Shown: one piece after another, positions 52,933-63,200 of the stretch
How positions within the stretch are numbered: position 1 is the stretch's first letter
How the letters are laid out: every line of letters starts with the position of its first letter
Assembly (NCBI GenBank): GCA_003514055.1
Contig: DOSG01000002.1
Location: 13,985 to 77,984, forward strand
Reading direction: 5' to 3'
Length of the DNA stretch: 64,000 nt
Source of the DNA: Candidatus Yanofskybacteria bacterium
Lineage (GTDB): Bacteria; Patescibacteriota; Minisyncoccia; 2-02-FULL-40-12; GWA2-44-9
Position numbers and translations under genes: made by a program
Notes under the pieces: model-generated
What the model was told of the DNA's origin: nothing
Database searches by the model: none
What the model saw: the letters and a program-made list of their open reading frames with translations, nothing else

Positions 52933-53484
52933 ATGTTTATGTGGATTAGCTTGGGAATCTTGGTCGTGTTGGTTCTCTACGTTGTTGGAGTCTTTAATGG
53001 CCTAGTATCAGCCAGGAATAGAGTTAAGGAAGCTTGGTCAGACATTGACGTTCAATTAAAGCGCAGATATGATCTAATCCCTAATTTAGTAGAGACTGTT
53101 AAGGGATATGCTTCTCATGAGCAAGGTACTCTAGATGCTGTGATAAATGCCAGATCAAAAGCTATGGGCGCCCAATCTGTGACCGACAAGGCTGAAGCCG
53201 AGAATGTCCTCACCGGAACTCTAAAAAGTTTATTTGCTTTATCGGAAAATTATCCTCAGCTAAGAGCAGTTGAGAGCTTCACTAAATTGCAAGATGAGCT
53301 ATCTGATACCGAAAACAAAATCCAGGCCGCAAGAAGATTCTATAATGGCAATGTTTTAGTATTAAATAACAAGATCGAACAATTTCCTACTAATGTATTC
53401 GCTTCGATGTTCGGATTTGTTAAGGAGAAATTCTTCGAATTGGCCGACGCGAAAGAGAAAGAGCCCGTTAAGGTTGCTTTCTAG
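52933..53484 (+). CDS. lemA: LemA family protein
   Basis: AWSDIDVQLKRRYDLIPNLVETVKGY, ENYPQL, ENKIQAARRFYN. Confidence 0.97.
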   Translation: MFMWISLGILVVLVLYVVGVFNGLVSARNRVKEAWSDIDVQLKRRYDLIPNLVETVKGYASHEQGTLDAVINARSKAMGAQSVTDKAEAENVLTGTLKSLFALSENYPQLRAVESFTKLQDELSDTENKIQAARRFYNGNVLVLNNKIEQFPTNVFASMFGFVKEKFFELADAKEKEPVKVAF

Positions 53485-53494
53485 CATCGTGCGC

Positions 53495-55240
53495 ATGGGC
53501 CTCAACAATAAATACAAAACCGGCTTAGCTATCGTGGCTTTGTCGGTTTTTGCTTTGTTTGGACTGACTGCTAATGCTCAGGCGGAGAAAATCATTAATT
53601 TCGATGCCTCGATCAAGGTCAACGCTGATTCTAGTATTAATGTCGTTGAGAAGATAAAATATGATTTTGGAAATATTGAGAAGCATGGCATATACAGGGA
53701 TATAGAGACGCAGGGCAAATTAAAAGTATCAAACGTATCTGTAGTTGATGAGCGGGGTAAGCCTTACGAATTCGAGATTGCTAAATCTGGGGACACTCAG
53801 AGTATCAAGATAGGCAGTGCCAATCTCACTATATCGGGCATACATACATATGTGATAAGTTACTCGGTCAATGGAGCTATAGGGTATTTCGATAATTTTG
53901 ACGAGATCTACTGGAATGCAACGGGCGATGGGTGGGCTGTTCCGATAGAAAGTGCAGTAGCGACTGTCACTTTGCCGCAAGTGATACAAGAAAGTTATGT
54001 CCGGCAAGCCTGTTATGCTGGCAATCGTGGCGCGACTACTCCTTGTAAGTTTGCTGGATACATTGCCAACTCGCTAGATCAAGTCTCGGCCTTTAACTTC
54101 TCTCAAAATAATCTGCCTGCCGGCGAGGGACTAACTGTAGCCGTTGGATTCCCGAAAGATATCGTATCTATCCCTCCGCCAACATTTTTAGAAAGAAATC
54201 CCAGCATCAGATTCTTCGTTTTTCTTCTGCCAATATTCGTCTTCGCTTTAATGTTCTTGCGTTGGAATAAGGTGGGCCGAGATCCTAAGGGTAGGGGCGT
54301 CATTATTCCTCAGTACGATGCACCAAGCGGGCTAACTCCGCTGGAGGTTTCCGCGATAATGCGCCAAAGAATCAGTAACTCTGATATATCGGCGGAGATA
54401 GTGTATCTTGCCACTAAGGGTTTTATAAAAATTATCAAAACTACCGACAAGGGACTGATTTTCTCTTCGGACGATTATATTTTCAAACAGCTTAGAAATG
54501 ATCTATCATCTCTCGAGGATCCGGTTGATAAGAAAATTATGACCAGTCTTATGGCCGGTGCAGATAGCGGATCATCCGAAATTAAATTGTCAGATCTAAA
54601 GAACGCATTCTACACCTCTATCCCTAGTATAAAAAACGAGACTTACGGCTTTTTGATAGAGAATGGACATATAAAAAGCAATCCAGAGAAAATCATTACC
54701 AAATATATTGTCAGCTCTTTCCTTGCTACGGCAGCTGCGCTGGGTGGACTAATTTGGGCCGGAGCTAGTTGGGACTTAGACGAAGTCCTTGTCGGCTTGT
54801 CATCTCTTAGTATTGTCCTCTCTGGAGTTATCGCGATTATATTCAGCATGTTAATGCCAGCCAGAACAGTCAAAGGGCAGGAGTCGAAGGAATATGTTTT
54901 AGGCCTTAAAGAATATTTACAGATTGCCGAGAAGGATAGAATCGCGTTTCATAATGCACCAGAAAAAAAGCCAGAAGTATTCGAGAAGCTTCTTCCGTAT
55001 GCGATGGTCCTTGGCGTAGACAAGGCCTGGGCTAAGGAGTTCAAGGATATATACACAACGCCGCCAAGTTGGTATTCTGATTCATCCGGTGGCGCCTTCA
55101 ATTCGATATTGTTTATCAATAGCCTGAATAGCTTTAATTCTGCGGCTACGAGTAGCCTTGGATCTAGTCCCGGTGGAGGAAGCAGTGGGGGAGGATTTTC
55201 TGGTGGCGGTATGGGCGGAGGTGGCGGTGGAAGTTGGTAG
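53495..55240 (+). CDS. DUF2207 family membrane protein
   Basis: HGIYRDI, DEIYWNATG..W, EKLLPYAMVLG..K.W, Gly-rich end GGGGGGSW; start moved to ATG 53495. Confidence 0.9.
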   Translation: MGLNNKYKTGLAIVALSVFALFGLTANAQAEKIINFDASIKVNADSSINVVEKIKYDFGNIEKHGIYRDIETQGKLKVSNVSVVDERGKPYEFEIAKSGDTQSIKIGSANLTISGIHTYVISYSVNGAIGYFDNFDEIYWNATGDGWAVPIESAVATVTLPQVIQESYVRQACYAGNRGATTPCKFAGYIANSLDQVSAFNFSQNNLPAGEGLTVAVGFPKDIVSIPPPTFLERNPSIRFFVFLLPIFVFALMFLRWNKVGRDPKGRGVIIPQYDAPSGLTPLEVSAIMRQRISNSDISAEIVYLATKGFIKIIKTTDKGLIFSSDDYIFKQLRNDLSSLEDPVDKKIMTSLMAGADSGSSEIKLSDLKNAFYTSIPSIKNETYGFLIENGHIKSNPEKIITKYIVSSFLATAAALGGLIWAGASWDLDEVLVGLSSLSIVLSGVIAIIFSMLMPARTVKGQESKEYVLGLKEYLQIAEKDRIAFHNAPEKKPEVFEKLLPYAMVLGVDKAWAKEFKDIYTTPPSWYSDSSGGAFNSILFINSLNSFNSAATSSLGSSPGGGSSGGGFSGGGMGGGGGGSW

Positions 55241-55282
55241 GTTTAAGCTTTATCTTTGGGCCAATATTGATATAATTCGATT

Positions 55283-56170
55283 ATGAATTTGTACACCCAC
55301 AAAGATTCCAATATTCGCAAAACATGGCTACTTATGACCATGTTTTTGCTGTTTGTAATCGCTGTTGGTTGGTTATTCGGTTTTGCATTGAATAAGCCGG
55401 TTATTCTTTATGGTGCAATCATCCTTAGCTTAGTTATGAATTTTACGGCCTATTGGTACTCAGACAAAGTTGCATTGGCTATGTCAGGTGCCGTTCCCGT
55501 AACCCACGAATCTCACGAGAATTTCTATCATGTGGTTGAAAATCTATGCATTACTGCCGGCCTGCCAGTTCCTAAACTATATATAATTCCTGGCGGACAG
55601 ATAAACGCATTCGCTACTGGAAGGAATGCCGAACATGCGGCCATAGCAGTTACTGAAGGCGCATTGCAGAAATTAGACAAGAATGAGCTCGAAGGAGTAC
55701 TAGCCCACGAGCTGTCGCATATTGGGAACAGAGATATTCTACTTCAGTCGGTCATCGTTGTTTTGGCTGGTTTAATTTCTATTATGGCTGACTGGTTTCT
55801 ACGTTCTATGTTCTGGGGTGGAGATGATCGCGATAACAAAAACGGGGCGATCATGCTTGTCGGGATTATAGCTTCGATCCTAGCGCCGATAGCGGCCATG
55901 ATTATCCAGTTAGCAATTTCTAGAAAAAGAGAATTTTTAGCTGATGCGTCTGGAGCACTGCTCACTCGTTATCCCGAGGGTTTGGCCAGCGCTCTTGAGA
56001 AAATTTCTCAAGACCAGCATCCTATGCGAAGGGCTTCGAGTGCGAATGCACATTTGTATATATCAAATCCGTTTCGCGGCAAGGCAAAAACGAGCTGGTT
56101 TTCTAAGATGTTCATGACTCATCCGCCGATAGAAGAAAGAGTGGCCGCTTTACGTGGCTTAAAAATTTAA
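55283..56170 (+). CDS. htpX: zinc metalloprotease HtpX
   Basis: NAFATGR, GVLAHELSH, SRKREFLADA, THPP.EER. Confidence 0.97.
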   Translation: MNLYTHKDSNIRKTWLLMTMFLLFVIAVGWLFGFALNKPVILYGAIILSLVMNFTAYWYSDKVALAMSGAVPVTHESHENFYHVVENLCITAGLPVPKLYIIPGGQINAFATGRNAEHAAIAVTEGALQKLDKNELEGVLAHELSHIGNRDILLQSVIVVLAGLISIMADWFLRSMFWGGDDRDNKNGAIMLVGIIASILAPIAAMIIQLAISRKREFLADASGALLTRYPEGLASALEKISQDQHPMRRASSANAHLYISNPFRGKAKTSWFSKMFMTHPPIEERVAALRGLKI

Positions 56171-56218
56171 TTACTGGGAAAAAGATATTTAGATAAAATT
56201 GGTATTATTAAAAAACTT

Positions 56219-56305
56219 GGAGAGGTCGCATAGTGGTCTAGTGCGCCGCCCTGGAAAGGCGGTTTACTCGCAAGGGTATCGAGGGTTCGAATCCCTCCCT
56301 CTCCG
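56219..56305 (+). tRNA. tRNA-Ser(GGA)
   Basis: GGAGAGG...CCGCC CTGGAAA GGCGG, long variable arm, GAGGG TTCGAAT CCCTC CCTCTCC G. Confidence 0.97.
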
Positions 56306-56403
56306 CATTGACAGTTGAATATGTCTTAAGGCATATTCAATTGGTGCTGTTAGTTAGGCGGTAGTTAGCCAAACTTTTGTGACGATAAAAATTTAGTCGA
56401 GAC

Positions 56404-56461
56404 CGAATCCCTTCCATGGTCCTCCGAAGTCTTGACGAAGGAGATCCTCTCCGCATCGACA
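56404..56461 (+). repeat. interrupted duplicate of the tRNA-Ser 3' end
   Basis: CGAATCCCT (56404-56412) ... CCTCTCCGCATCGACA (56446-56461) vs CCTCTCCGCATTGACA (56298-56313). Confidence 0.65.
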
Positions 56462-56521
56462 ATTTAGTATCGGAGTCAACCCATTTATCTATGACGAATG
56501 TGCGACCCGAGTACATAAATT

Positions 56522-56562
56522 ACAAACAAAAATACACGAATTATTCGTGTATTTTTGTTTGT
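56522..56562. terminator. AT-rich palindrome/terminator
   Basis: ACAAACAAAAATACACGAAT-T-ATTCGTGTATTTTTGTTTGT. Confidence 0.7.
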
Positions 56563-56584
56563 CTAAAATTGCTAAAATGTATTT

Positions 56585-57826
56585 ATGGATAATAACGATG
56601 AATATAAAAACCATCACTATGTTCCTCAATGGTATCAAAAGAAATTTATGTTACCAGGCGAATCTGAGCTTTTTTACTTAGACATGAAGCCTAATTTTGC
56701 AATTGACTCTAAAGGAAATAAACACCAAAAAAGATCTTTATGGAAACAAGGGAGTAAAAAATGTTTTGTTGAAGAAGATTTATATACAACAAAAATTCCT
56801 AATATTAAACCAGAAGATATTGAAAAGCATTTCTTTGGACAAATAGACGTTAAAGGAAAGCCTGCCGTAGAATATTTCGAAGATTTTGATTACCCATTAA
56901 AAACATGGGGTACGTCACTTGAAGATATTTTAGTTTATATGAGTGCGCAAAAATTGCGTACTCCGAAAGGACTTTCTTTTTTAAGTAATAAGATTGGGAG
57001 TACAAACAAAGATGATATTTTAAGCACAATGATTGGGCTTAGTCGACTTCATGCTGCGATATGGACGGAATGCGTTTGGTTGATAGCTGATGCATCACAG
57101 TCAGAAACAAAATTCATAATTTCAGATCATCCTGTAACCGTCTATAATCGAGAATGTGGCCCTAGTTCTCAATCGTGTAGAGAGTCGAATGATCCTGATA
57201 TATGGCTTCAGGGCACGCATACAATCTTTCCTCTTTCTTTAGACAAGGTACTTATCTTGACTAACCTGTCTTGGGTAAGAAATCCATACCAAAAAGCAAC
57301 AGACCTTCGTCCGAACTCAAACCCTTTTCGAAATGCAATATTTAGATTTACAGATGTTCAAGTAAGAAGACACTTGGATGAGCAGGAAGTTCGTGAGATT
57401 AATTTTATTATTAAAAATAGAGCGAGACGATTTGTTGCGGCGGCAAAAAGTGAATGGCTTTATCCTGAGAAATATATCTCAAAATCTAACTGGAATAATT
57501 ATGGACATGGTTATTTATTAATGCCAGACCCAAGAGCTATACATTGGGGCGGAACCATAATATGGGGCGGTGGACCTGGCGGGTATGGTTCTATGGATGA
57601 ATATGGAAGATTGCCAGGGGATCCTGATTTCGAGGGAGGATCAAATAAAGATATGGAGTATAAAACGCTACCCTGGTTTCAAGGAGAGTTCGCAGAATTA
57701 TTTGGTCCATATAGAAGAGGTCGCTGCATGCAAACTCTAGAAATTGAGAAAGAACGTGATAGCGATGATTCTCATAAATATCACTTAGACTTAAAGAAAA
57801 AGAAATACAAGGATAGAAAAAAGTAA
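56585..57826 (+). CDS. DUF4238 domain protein
   Basis: N-terminal HHYVPQWYQKKF, Q.LRTP, FIISDHPV, FPLS...L motifs. Confidence 0.85.
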   Translation: MDNNDEYKNHHYVPQWYQKKFMLPGESELFYLDMKPNFAIDSKGNKHQKRSLWKQGSKKCFVEEDLYTTKIPNIKPEDIEKHFFGQIDVKGKPAVEYFEDFDYPLKTWGTSLEDILVYMSAQKLRTPKGLSFLSNKIGSTNKDDILSTMIGLSRLHAAIWTECVWLIADASQSETKFIISDHPVTVYNRECGPSSQSCRESNDPDIWLQGTHTIFPLSLDKVLILTNLSWVRNPYQKATDLRPNSNPFRNAIFRFTDVQVRRHLDEQEVREINFIIKNRARRFVAAAKSEWLYPEKYISKSNWNNYGHGYLLMPDPRAIHWGGTIIWGGGPGGYGSMDEYGRLPGDPDFEGGSNKDMEYKTLPWFQGEFAELFGPYRRGRCMQTLEIEKERDSDDSHKYHLDLKKKKYKDRKK

Positions 57827-58229
57827 TTCAGTCGCTAGTTGAGAATACCTCTGGTAAAGTTGAAGGGCCGCCTGCAAATGCATTTACGTTGGTGAATTTG
57901 AAAGATAATCTTGTATCCGTAAAAGTTCTGGGGAAGAGTGGATTAAGTTACGAAATTAGAATCTAATACTGGAAAGACAGATAGTTTATGGCTATACTGT
58001 AATTGTTCGGATTTCTTCTACGACCCAATGTTTCCTTCAGGATGCCTTTGGACGTAACAGCGCTTTCCCGTTTCACTATTACGTGCCACCTTCCCCACGC
58101 CCCTGGCTTCATGCATTTTTGTTTGGCGCGATCTTTTCGAATTAGACATGATGATGGCGGAGCCCATATCTAATATAGGGCTACTCGCCAACTTGATGTA
58201 TAATACTGTAAATAACTAAATTTAAGCAT

Positions 58230-59579
58230 ATGTCTCAAGAAGAATTTGATCCACACGACGAAAAATACAATAAGGTTAAAGATCTTCCGTGGCATGAAAG
58301 AGGAAGATATATTGACTTAGAAAGCGGGGGCTTTGTCGAAAAAACCGTGGTCGAGAATTCAGAGTTAAATCAAAGGTTGGCTGACTTGGTAAATAGGGCA
58401 GTTGATATCTTAAAACGAGATGTAAGAGATAGCGGGATAGTAGAGGAAGAAGTTAAATTAAAACACGACGAAGCTGTAAAAAATAAAGATTGGGATGGGG
58501 CCATGGTGTATGATAAAATATTGCGCCCTTTTCGTGACGCGAGGAATCTACCCTTGGTAATATTCAATAGTGAGACTGGAAGTGGTGAATTCCTTAATTA
58601 TTCAGAGAAAGCCCAAGCTATTTTTTTAGATTTAGTTGATCCAAAAGATATTGAGGTTGTTGCAGAAATTTTGGGAGACAACAGATTCTCCAATCGTTTT
58701 GAGTTAATTCGGCGAATGGATGAATCAACTTTGCAATCAGCATATGATCATATAAAAAATACAAATCTTTGGATTGCGGGAGAGTTTGTGGATGGTTCCA
58801 ACGACAAGGATTTTAAGATTAGAGTACTTAGGGAAATTTCTGAGAAGATAGACGATCCCGGCACCGTATCTGTAATAAAAATGCGCATTGGGAAATTCTT
58901 AATTCAGAACGGATTTGAAAAAGATTTTTTTGATTTATGTGATTCAGGCCTCTTAGATACAAATCTTGGGATATATTTGAAGAGTATCAGGTCAAATGAG
59001 ATTTTGTTCGAGATAGCAAAAAGATCTAAGTATCCATTCGATGTATTAAGGTGTGTGTCAGATCCCGCTATCTTTGCTAAGATAATCGAGACTCAAGCAA
59101 AAGATTTTACTTTCGAGAATGAAAGAGCGAGAGACGCGCTTATCCCGCGAGTAAGAGGGTTAAAACATGCCTTAGAAAATGAGCCGATTATAGTCGGCGT
59201 CGGCGAGATTGAAGATAGGAATAAATTTATTGTTACTTTACCTATTTTTGATCCTCACGGGGTAGACGACCAACAATTAAGCGAGCAATCAAGATATTTT
59301 ATAGCTTGGGGTGGTTTGCGTTCGGGAGGTGGTACTCATAAATCTATTTTAGCGAGCTTAAAAGAGGAGCACCCGCATCTTTCTGACAGTATTACTGTCG
59401 GTGGGTATATTAGCATTGATAACAGAGATGATAAGGTAATCGTTGTATTTAATAACCACAGCGGCGATTTTGGTTATTACGATCTAAATATTGTAGAGAA
59501 ATTTAGGCCTCAAATAGAGAAAGCGTTGAAAGACAGCCTGGGTAAAGAAGTCGAGGTTACAATGGAGTCCTCAAGTTAG
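58230..59579 (+). CDS. hypothetical protein; C-terminal domain possibly Janus/Ocnus (PHPT1)-like
   Basis: 449 aa ORF; H..I...GG.I....K......S..FG pattern. Confidence 0.6.
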   Translation: MSQEEFDPHDEKYNKVKDLPWHERGRYIDLESGGFVEKTVVENSELNQRLADLVNRAVDILKRDVRDSGIVEEEVKLKHDEAVKNKDWDGAMVYDKILRPFRDARNLPLVIFNSETGSGEFLNYSEKAQAIFLDLVDPKDIEVVAEILGDNRFSNRFELIRRMDESTLQSAYDHIKNTNLWIAGEFVDGSNDKDFKIRVLREISEKIDDPGTVSVIKMRIGKFLIQNGFEKDFFDLCDSGLLDTNLGIYLKSIRSNEILFEIAKRSKYPFDVLRCVSDPAIFAKIIETQAKDFTFENERARDALIPRVRGLKHALENEPIIVGVGEIEDRNKFIVTLPIFDPHGVDDQQLSEQSRYFIAWGGLRSGGGTHKSILASLKEEHPHLSDSITVGGYISIDNRDDKVIVVFNNHSGDFGYYDLNIVEKFRPQIEKALKDSLGKEVEVTMESSS

Positions 59580-59728
59580 CTTCGAACTTTATTAGTTGGT
59601 TGTTTTACAATTTCTAGCGGATTATTTTTTGAAGATTAAGACGTAGGGGAATGTGGCATGGAATTGAAAAGATAAAAATGCTAAATTTAAAGCAACAACA
59701 AAATAATTAATAATAATCGAACAAATCT

Positions 59729-60040
59729 ATGGAAAAAAATTGTCAGGCATGTGGAATGCCCCTAACCAAAAAAGAAGACTTTGATAATGGAGACGAGAAT
59801 TCAAATTTTTGTCTGTATTGCGTTAATACCGATGGTAGCGTTAAGTCGTGCGAAGAAATTTTCGAGGGCGGTGTCCAATTCTTTATGACTCAGATTGAAG
59901 GCGATCGACAAATGGCAGAAAAAGTAACCAGAAAGAATATGGGAGAGCTATCGTATTGGCGGGACAAAAATTGCGAGGTTCTAAAAGGCGAAATGGCGAC
60001 CGATGAAGAATTCGCCGAAGTGATGAAAAAATTGAGCTAA
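59729..60040 (+). CDS. zinc ribbon domain protein
   Basis: CQACGMPL...FCLYC...G. Confidence 0.8.
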   Translation: MEKNCQACGMPLTKKEDFDNGDENSNFCLYCVNTDGSVKSCEEIFEGGVQFFMTQIEGDRQMAEKVTRKNMGELSYWRDKNCEVLKGEMATDEEFAEVMKKLS

Positions 60041-60053
60041 AGATCTTTAGTCT

Positions 60054-60824
60054 ATGGATTATTGGCAAAGTATTATTCTAGGTATAGTCGAGGGACTTAC
60101 GGAATTTCTTCCTATTTCTTCTACGGCCCATTTAATTTTAGGTGGGAAAATTCTCAACATCGTCCAGACGGAGTTTGTAAAAAGTTTTGAAATCGTTATT
60201 CAGCTTGGTGCAATCTTGGCGGTTATATGGCTGTATTGGAAGAGAATAGTGTCTAGCAAGGAGATAATTAAAAGAATTATCGTTGCCTTTCTGCCAACGG
60301 CAATTTTCGGCTTTCTGCTCTATAAGATATTCAAGGGTTATTTAATGGAAAACTTGGCCGTCATTGTTTGGGCGTTAATACTGGGAGGTATTCTTCTTAT
60401 TGTCTTTGAATATTGGCATAAGGAAAAGGCTGATGCCGCTGAGAATATTGAAGATATCTCTTATAAAAATTGTTTTCTAATCGGAACTTGTCAGGCAATC
60501 GCCATGGTGCCCGGCGTCTCACGTGCTGGTGCTACAATCTTGGGCGGGTTATTCTTGGGCATAAAGAGAAAAACCATTGTAGAGTTTTCTTTTCTTTTAG
60601 CTGTGCCGACAATGCTAGCGGCAACTGGCTATGATTTATTAAAAACTGGGTTTACTTTTTCGGCCGATCAATTTGGCCAACTTTCTGTGGGGCTCATTGT
60701 GTCTTTCTTGGTTGCTATTCTAGCTATTAAGTTTTTACTTCGCTATATCCAACAACACGATTTTAAATTGTTCGGTCTGTACCGAATTATTATTGGCTTA
60801 ATTTTCTTGCTAATTATCCTGTGA
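60054..60824 (+). CDS. uppP: undecaprenyl-diphosphate phosphatase
   Basis: GIVEGLTEFLPISSTAH, IQLGAILAV, PGVSRAGAT, EFSFLLAVP. Confidence 0.98.
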   Translation: MDYWQSIILGIVEGLTEFLPISSTAHLILGGKILNIVQTEFVKSFEIVIQLGAILAVIWLYWKRIVSSKEIIKRIIVAFLPTAIFGFLLYKIFKGYLMENLAVIVWALILGGILLIVFEYWHKEKADAAENIEDISYKNCFLIGTCQAIAMVPGVSRAGATILGGLFLGIKRKTIVEFSFLLAVPTMLAATGYDLLKTGFTFSADQFGQLSVGLIVSFLVAILAIKFLLRYIQQHDFKLFGLYRIIIGLIFLLIIL

Positions 60825-60863
60825 TCCTCCGCATAAGTCTGAGTGATGATGAGTAAGTCTTGC

Positions 60864-60899
60864 AAATCAGGGGAGGATCTTGAGATCCTCCCCTGATTT
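60864..60899. terminator. intrinsic terminator after uppP
   Basis: AAATCAGGGGAGGATCT-TG-AGATCCTCCCCTGATTT followed by T-tract. Confidence 0.8.
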
Positions 60900-60938
60900 T
60901 TCTTTTCGGGCGAGCTTGAGGCGGTTTAATGATGTGCT

Positions 60939-62039
60939 ATGATTGGACAGTATATGGTTGATGAAATCAATAAAATTGAACTTGAGCATTTAGGCTATGA
61001 TGATTTTTTTGAATCAGAATGGCAGTCTTTGGCTTTACCGCAATGCATAGTGGCTCGAGTTGTAGCTGAACACAAAGAAGCATACAAGGTTAAGACTGCT
61101 AAGAAAGAATATCTGGCCAAAATAACGGGAAAACAAATATTTGATGCCACAAAAAGAGAAGATTATCCGGCTGTTGGCGATTGGGTAGCTATAGCCGAAG
61201 CCGATGAAGAAAGGGCGATTATCTATAAAATCCTACCTAGGAGAACAATACTTAAAAAGAAATACAGCAATAAGCAAGATACTCAAATTATAGCTACTAA
61301 CATTGATGTCGCTTTTATCGTGGAATCAGTAGATAGGGATTACAATTTGAATCGTTTTGAGAGATATCTTGTCTTGGCCAGTGAGGGGAAAATCAAATCG
61401 ACTATCGTATTAAACAAAATCGATCTAATTTCAAAAGATGAATTGGATCTGAAAATTGATCAAATAAGAGAAAGGTTTAGCGATGTCGACATTATCGTAG
61501 CTAGCACTGTTGCTGAACAGGGGCTAGACGAATTGATGAACTATATAAAGGGAGGCAAGACATATTGTTTTCTTGGATCGTCTGGCGTGGGCAAGTCATC
61601 TTTGATAAATAAGTTATTAAAAAAGGACGAGATTGAGACTAGGGAGATAGGCCAGTCAACTGGTAGGGGGAGGCACACAACCACCGTTAGGGAAATGTAT
61701 TTCTTAGAAAATGGCGGAATCGTAATTGATAATCCAGGCACACGAGAGGTTGGAGTGGCTGACGCCGGCGACGGCATAGAAAATATATTTAACGAAATAA
61801 CTGCCTTATCCGAGGAGTGTAAATATGTTGATTGCACCCATATGCAGGAGCCTGGATGCGCTGTTTTGAAAGCCGTCGAGAGTGGGGAATTAGATGACGC
61901 TAAATACCAAAACTATATTAGATTAAGAAAAGAAAATGAGTATTATGGAATGTCCAATCTTGATAGAAAGCAGAAGGATCGTAAATTTGGCCAATTTGTA
62001 AAAAAAGCACTAGATCAGTTGAAGGATCTCGAATCGTAA
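60939..62039 (+). CDS. rsgA: ribosome small subunit-dependent GTPase RsgA
   Basis: PAVGDWV, NKID, GSSGVGKSSL, GRHTT, DNPG, CKYVDCTHMQEPGC; start may be ATG 60954. Confidence 0.96.
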   Translation: MIGQYMVDEINKIELEHLGYDDFFESEWQSLALPQCIVARVVAEHKEAYKVKTAKKEYLAKITGKQIFDATKREDYPAVGDWVAIAEADEERAIIYKILPRRTILKKKYSNKQDTQIIATNIDVAFIVESVDRDYNLNRFERYLVLASEGKIKSTIVLNKIDLISKDELDLKIDQIRERFSDVDIIVASTVAEQGLDELMNYIKGGKTYCFLGSSGVGKSSLINKLLKKDEIETREIGQSTGRGRHTTTVREMYFLENGGIVIDNPGTREVGVADAGDGIENIFNEITALSEECKYVDCTHMQEPGCAVLKAVESGELDDAKYQNYIRLRKENEYYGMSNLDRKQKDRKFGQFVKKALDQLKDLES

Positions 62040-62054
62040 TTTTGGATAAGCGAT

Positions 62055-63200
62055 ATGGCAATTGTAAATACGCTCAAGAAGATAATATCCCAGATTAAGA
62101 AGCCAAGGATTAAATATGATCCCTTAATTGAGGTAAAAATTTCTAAGGATAATCTGCTCCATAATCTTCATCAATATCAGAGCTCTTCTCTGGGATTGAA
62201 GTTTATACCTGTTTTAAAGAGCAACGCCTACGGCCACGGCTTGGTAGAGGTTGCTGGGATACTCGATCACGAAGCCTGTGATTTTTTAGCAGTAGACTCT
62301 TTTTATGAAGCGCTTAAGCTTAGGCAGAGCAAGATAAGAAGCAATATTTTAGTCTTAGGATACACTACTCTAGAACAATTAAATCAGGGCGTTGTTGGTG
62401 GCTGTAGTTTCGTGATCACAAGCCTAGATCAGCTGGTGTATATATCTAATCATTTGCACTATGCTCAAAAATTCCATCTAAAGATCGATACCGGCATGTG
62501 TCGCCAAGGAATCTTGCCAGAGCAGACAGATGGAGCGATTCAGCTGATTAAGAAAAATAGCAACATCATCCTTGAAGGGATTTGCTCTCATTTTTCTGAT
62601 GCCGATAACGTTGATGAATCTTTTACTTTGAAGCAGATAGACGCATGGAACAAGGTTGTGGCGTCTATCGATTCCAAGTTACCAAATTTAAAATACAAAC
62701 ACATCAGCTCCACGGCTGGAATTAAATACAAAGATCGAATAAATGCGAATATGTGTCGGCTCGGGCTTGGACTCTATGGGATTGGCCAGAAAGAAGTGGG
62801 CTTAAAGCCAGCATTGCAGATGGTGGCAAAAATAACGGGAATAAAAAACATAAAAAGGGGCGACGAGGTTGGTTACGGCAAGACCTTTACTGCTCCGTCG
62901 GATATGAAGGTGGCTACCGTCGCCGCGGGATATTACGAGGGTGTAGATCGACGCTTATCCAACAGGGGATTTGTTAGGATTAGAAATCAATTCTGTTCAA
63001 TCATTGGCAGAGTGAGCATGAATATATCTACGATTGATGTGAGCGGCGTCAGCTCCATAACTATTGAAGATGAATGTATATTGATGAGTGATAAAATCGG
63101 AGATCCTAATTCCATTGAGTCTATAGCTAATTTATGTGATACAATCCCGTACGAGATATTGATTCACATTCCGCCCCATTTAAGAAGGACAATTATATGA
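62055..63200 (+). CDS. alr: alanine racemase
   Basis: VLKSNAYGHG, HLKIDTGMCRQG, SHF, GYYEG, GRVSMN, TIPYE. Confidence 0.97.
   Translation: MAIVNTLKKIISQIKKPRIKYDPLIEVKISKDNLLHNLHQYQSSSLGLKFIPVLKSNAYGHGLVEVAGILDHEACDFLAVDSFYEALKLRQSKIRSNILVLGYTTLEQLNQGVVGGCSFVITSLDQLVYISNHLHYAQKFHLKIDTGMCRQGILPEQTDGAIQLIKKNSNIILEGICSHFSDADNVDESFTLKQIDAWNKVVASIDSKLPNLKYKHISSTAGIKYKDRINANMCRLGLGLYGIGQKEVGLKPALQMVAKITGIKNIKRGDEVGYGKTFTAPSDMKVATVAAGYYEGVDRRLSNRGFVRIRNQFCSIIGRVSMNISTIDVSGVSSITIEDECILMSDKIGDPNSIESIANLCDTIPYEILIHIPPHLRRTII

Noticed and set aside
60823-60833. CTCCGCAT after uppP as the attR of an island integrated at tRNA-Ser
   Set aside because: Only about 8 nt match the tRNA 3' end and no integrase is present; it could be chance.
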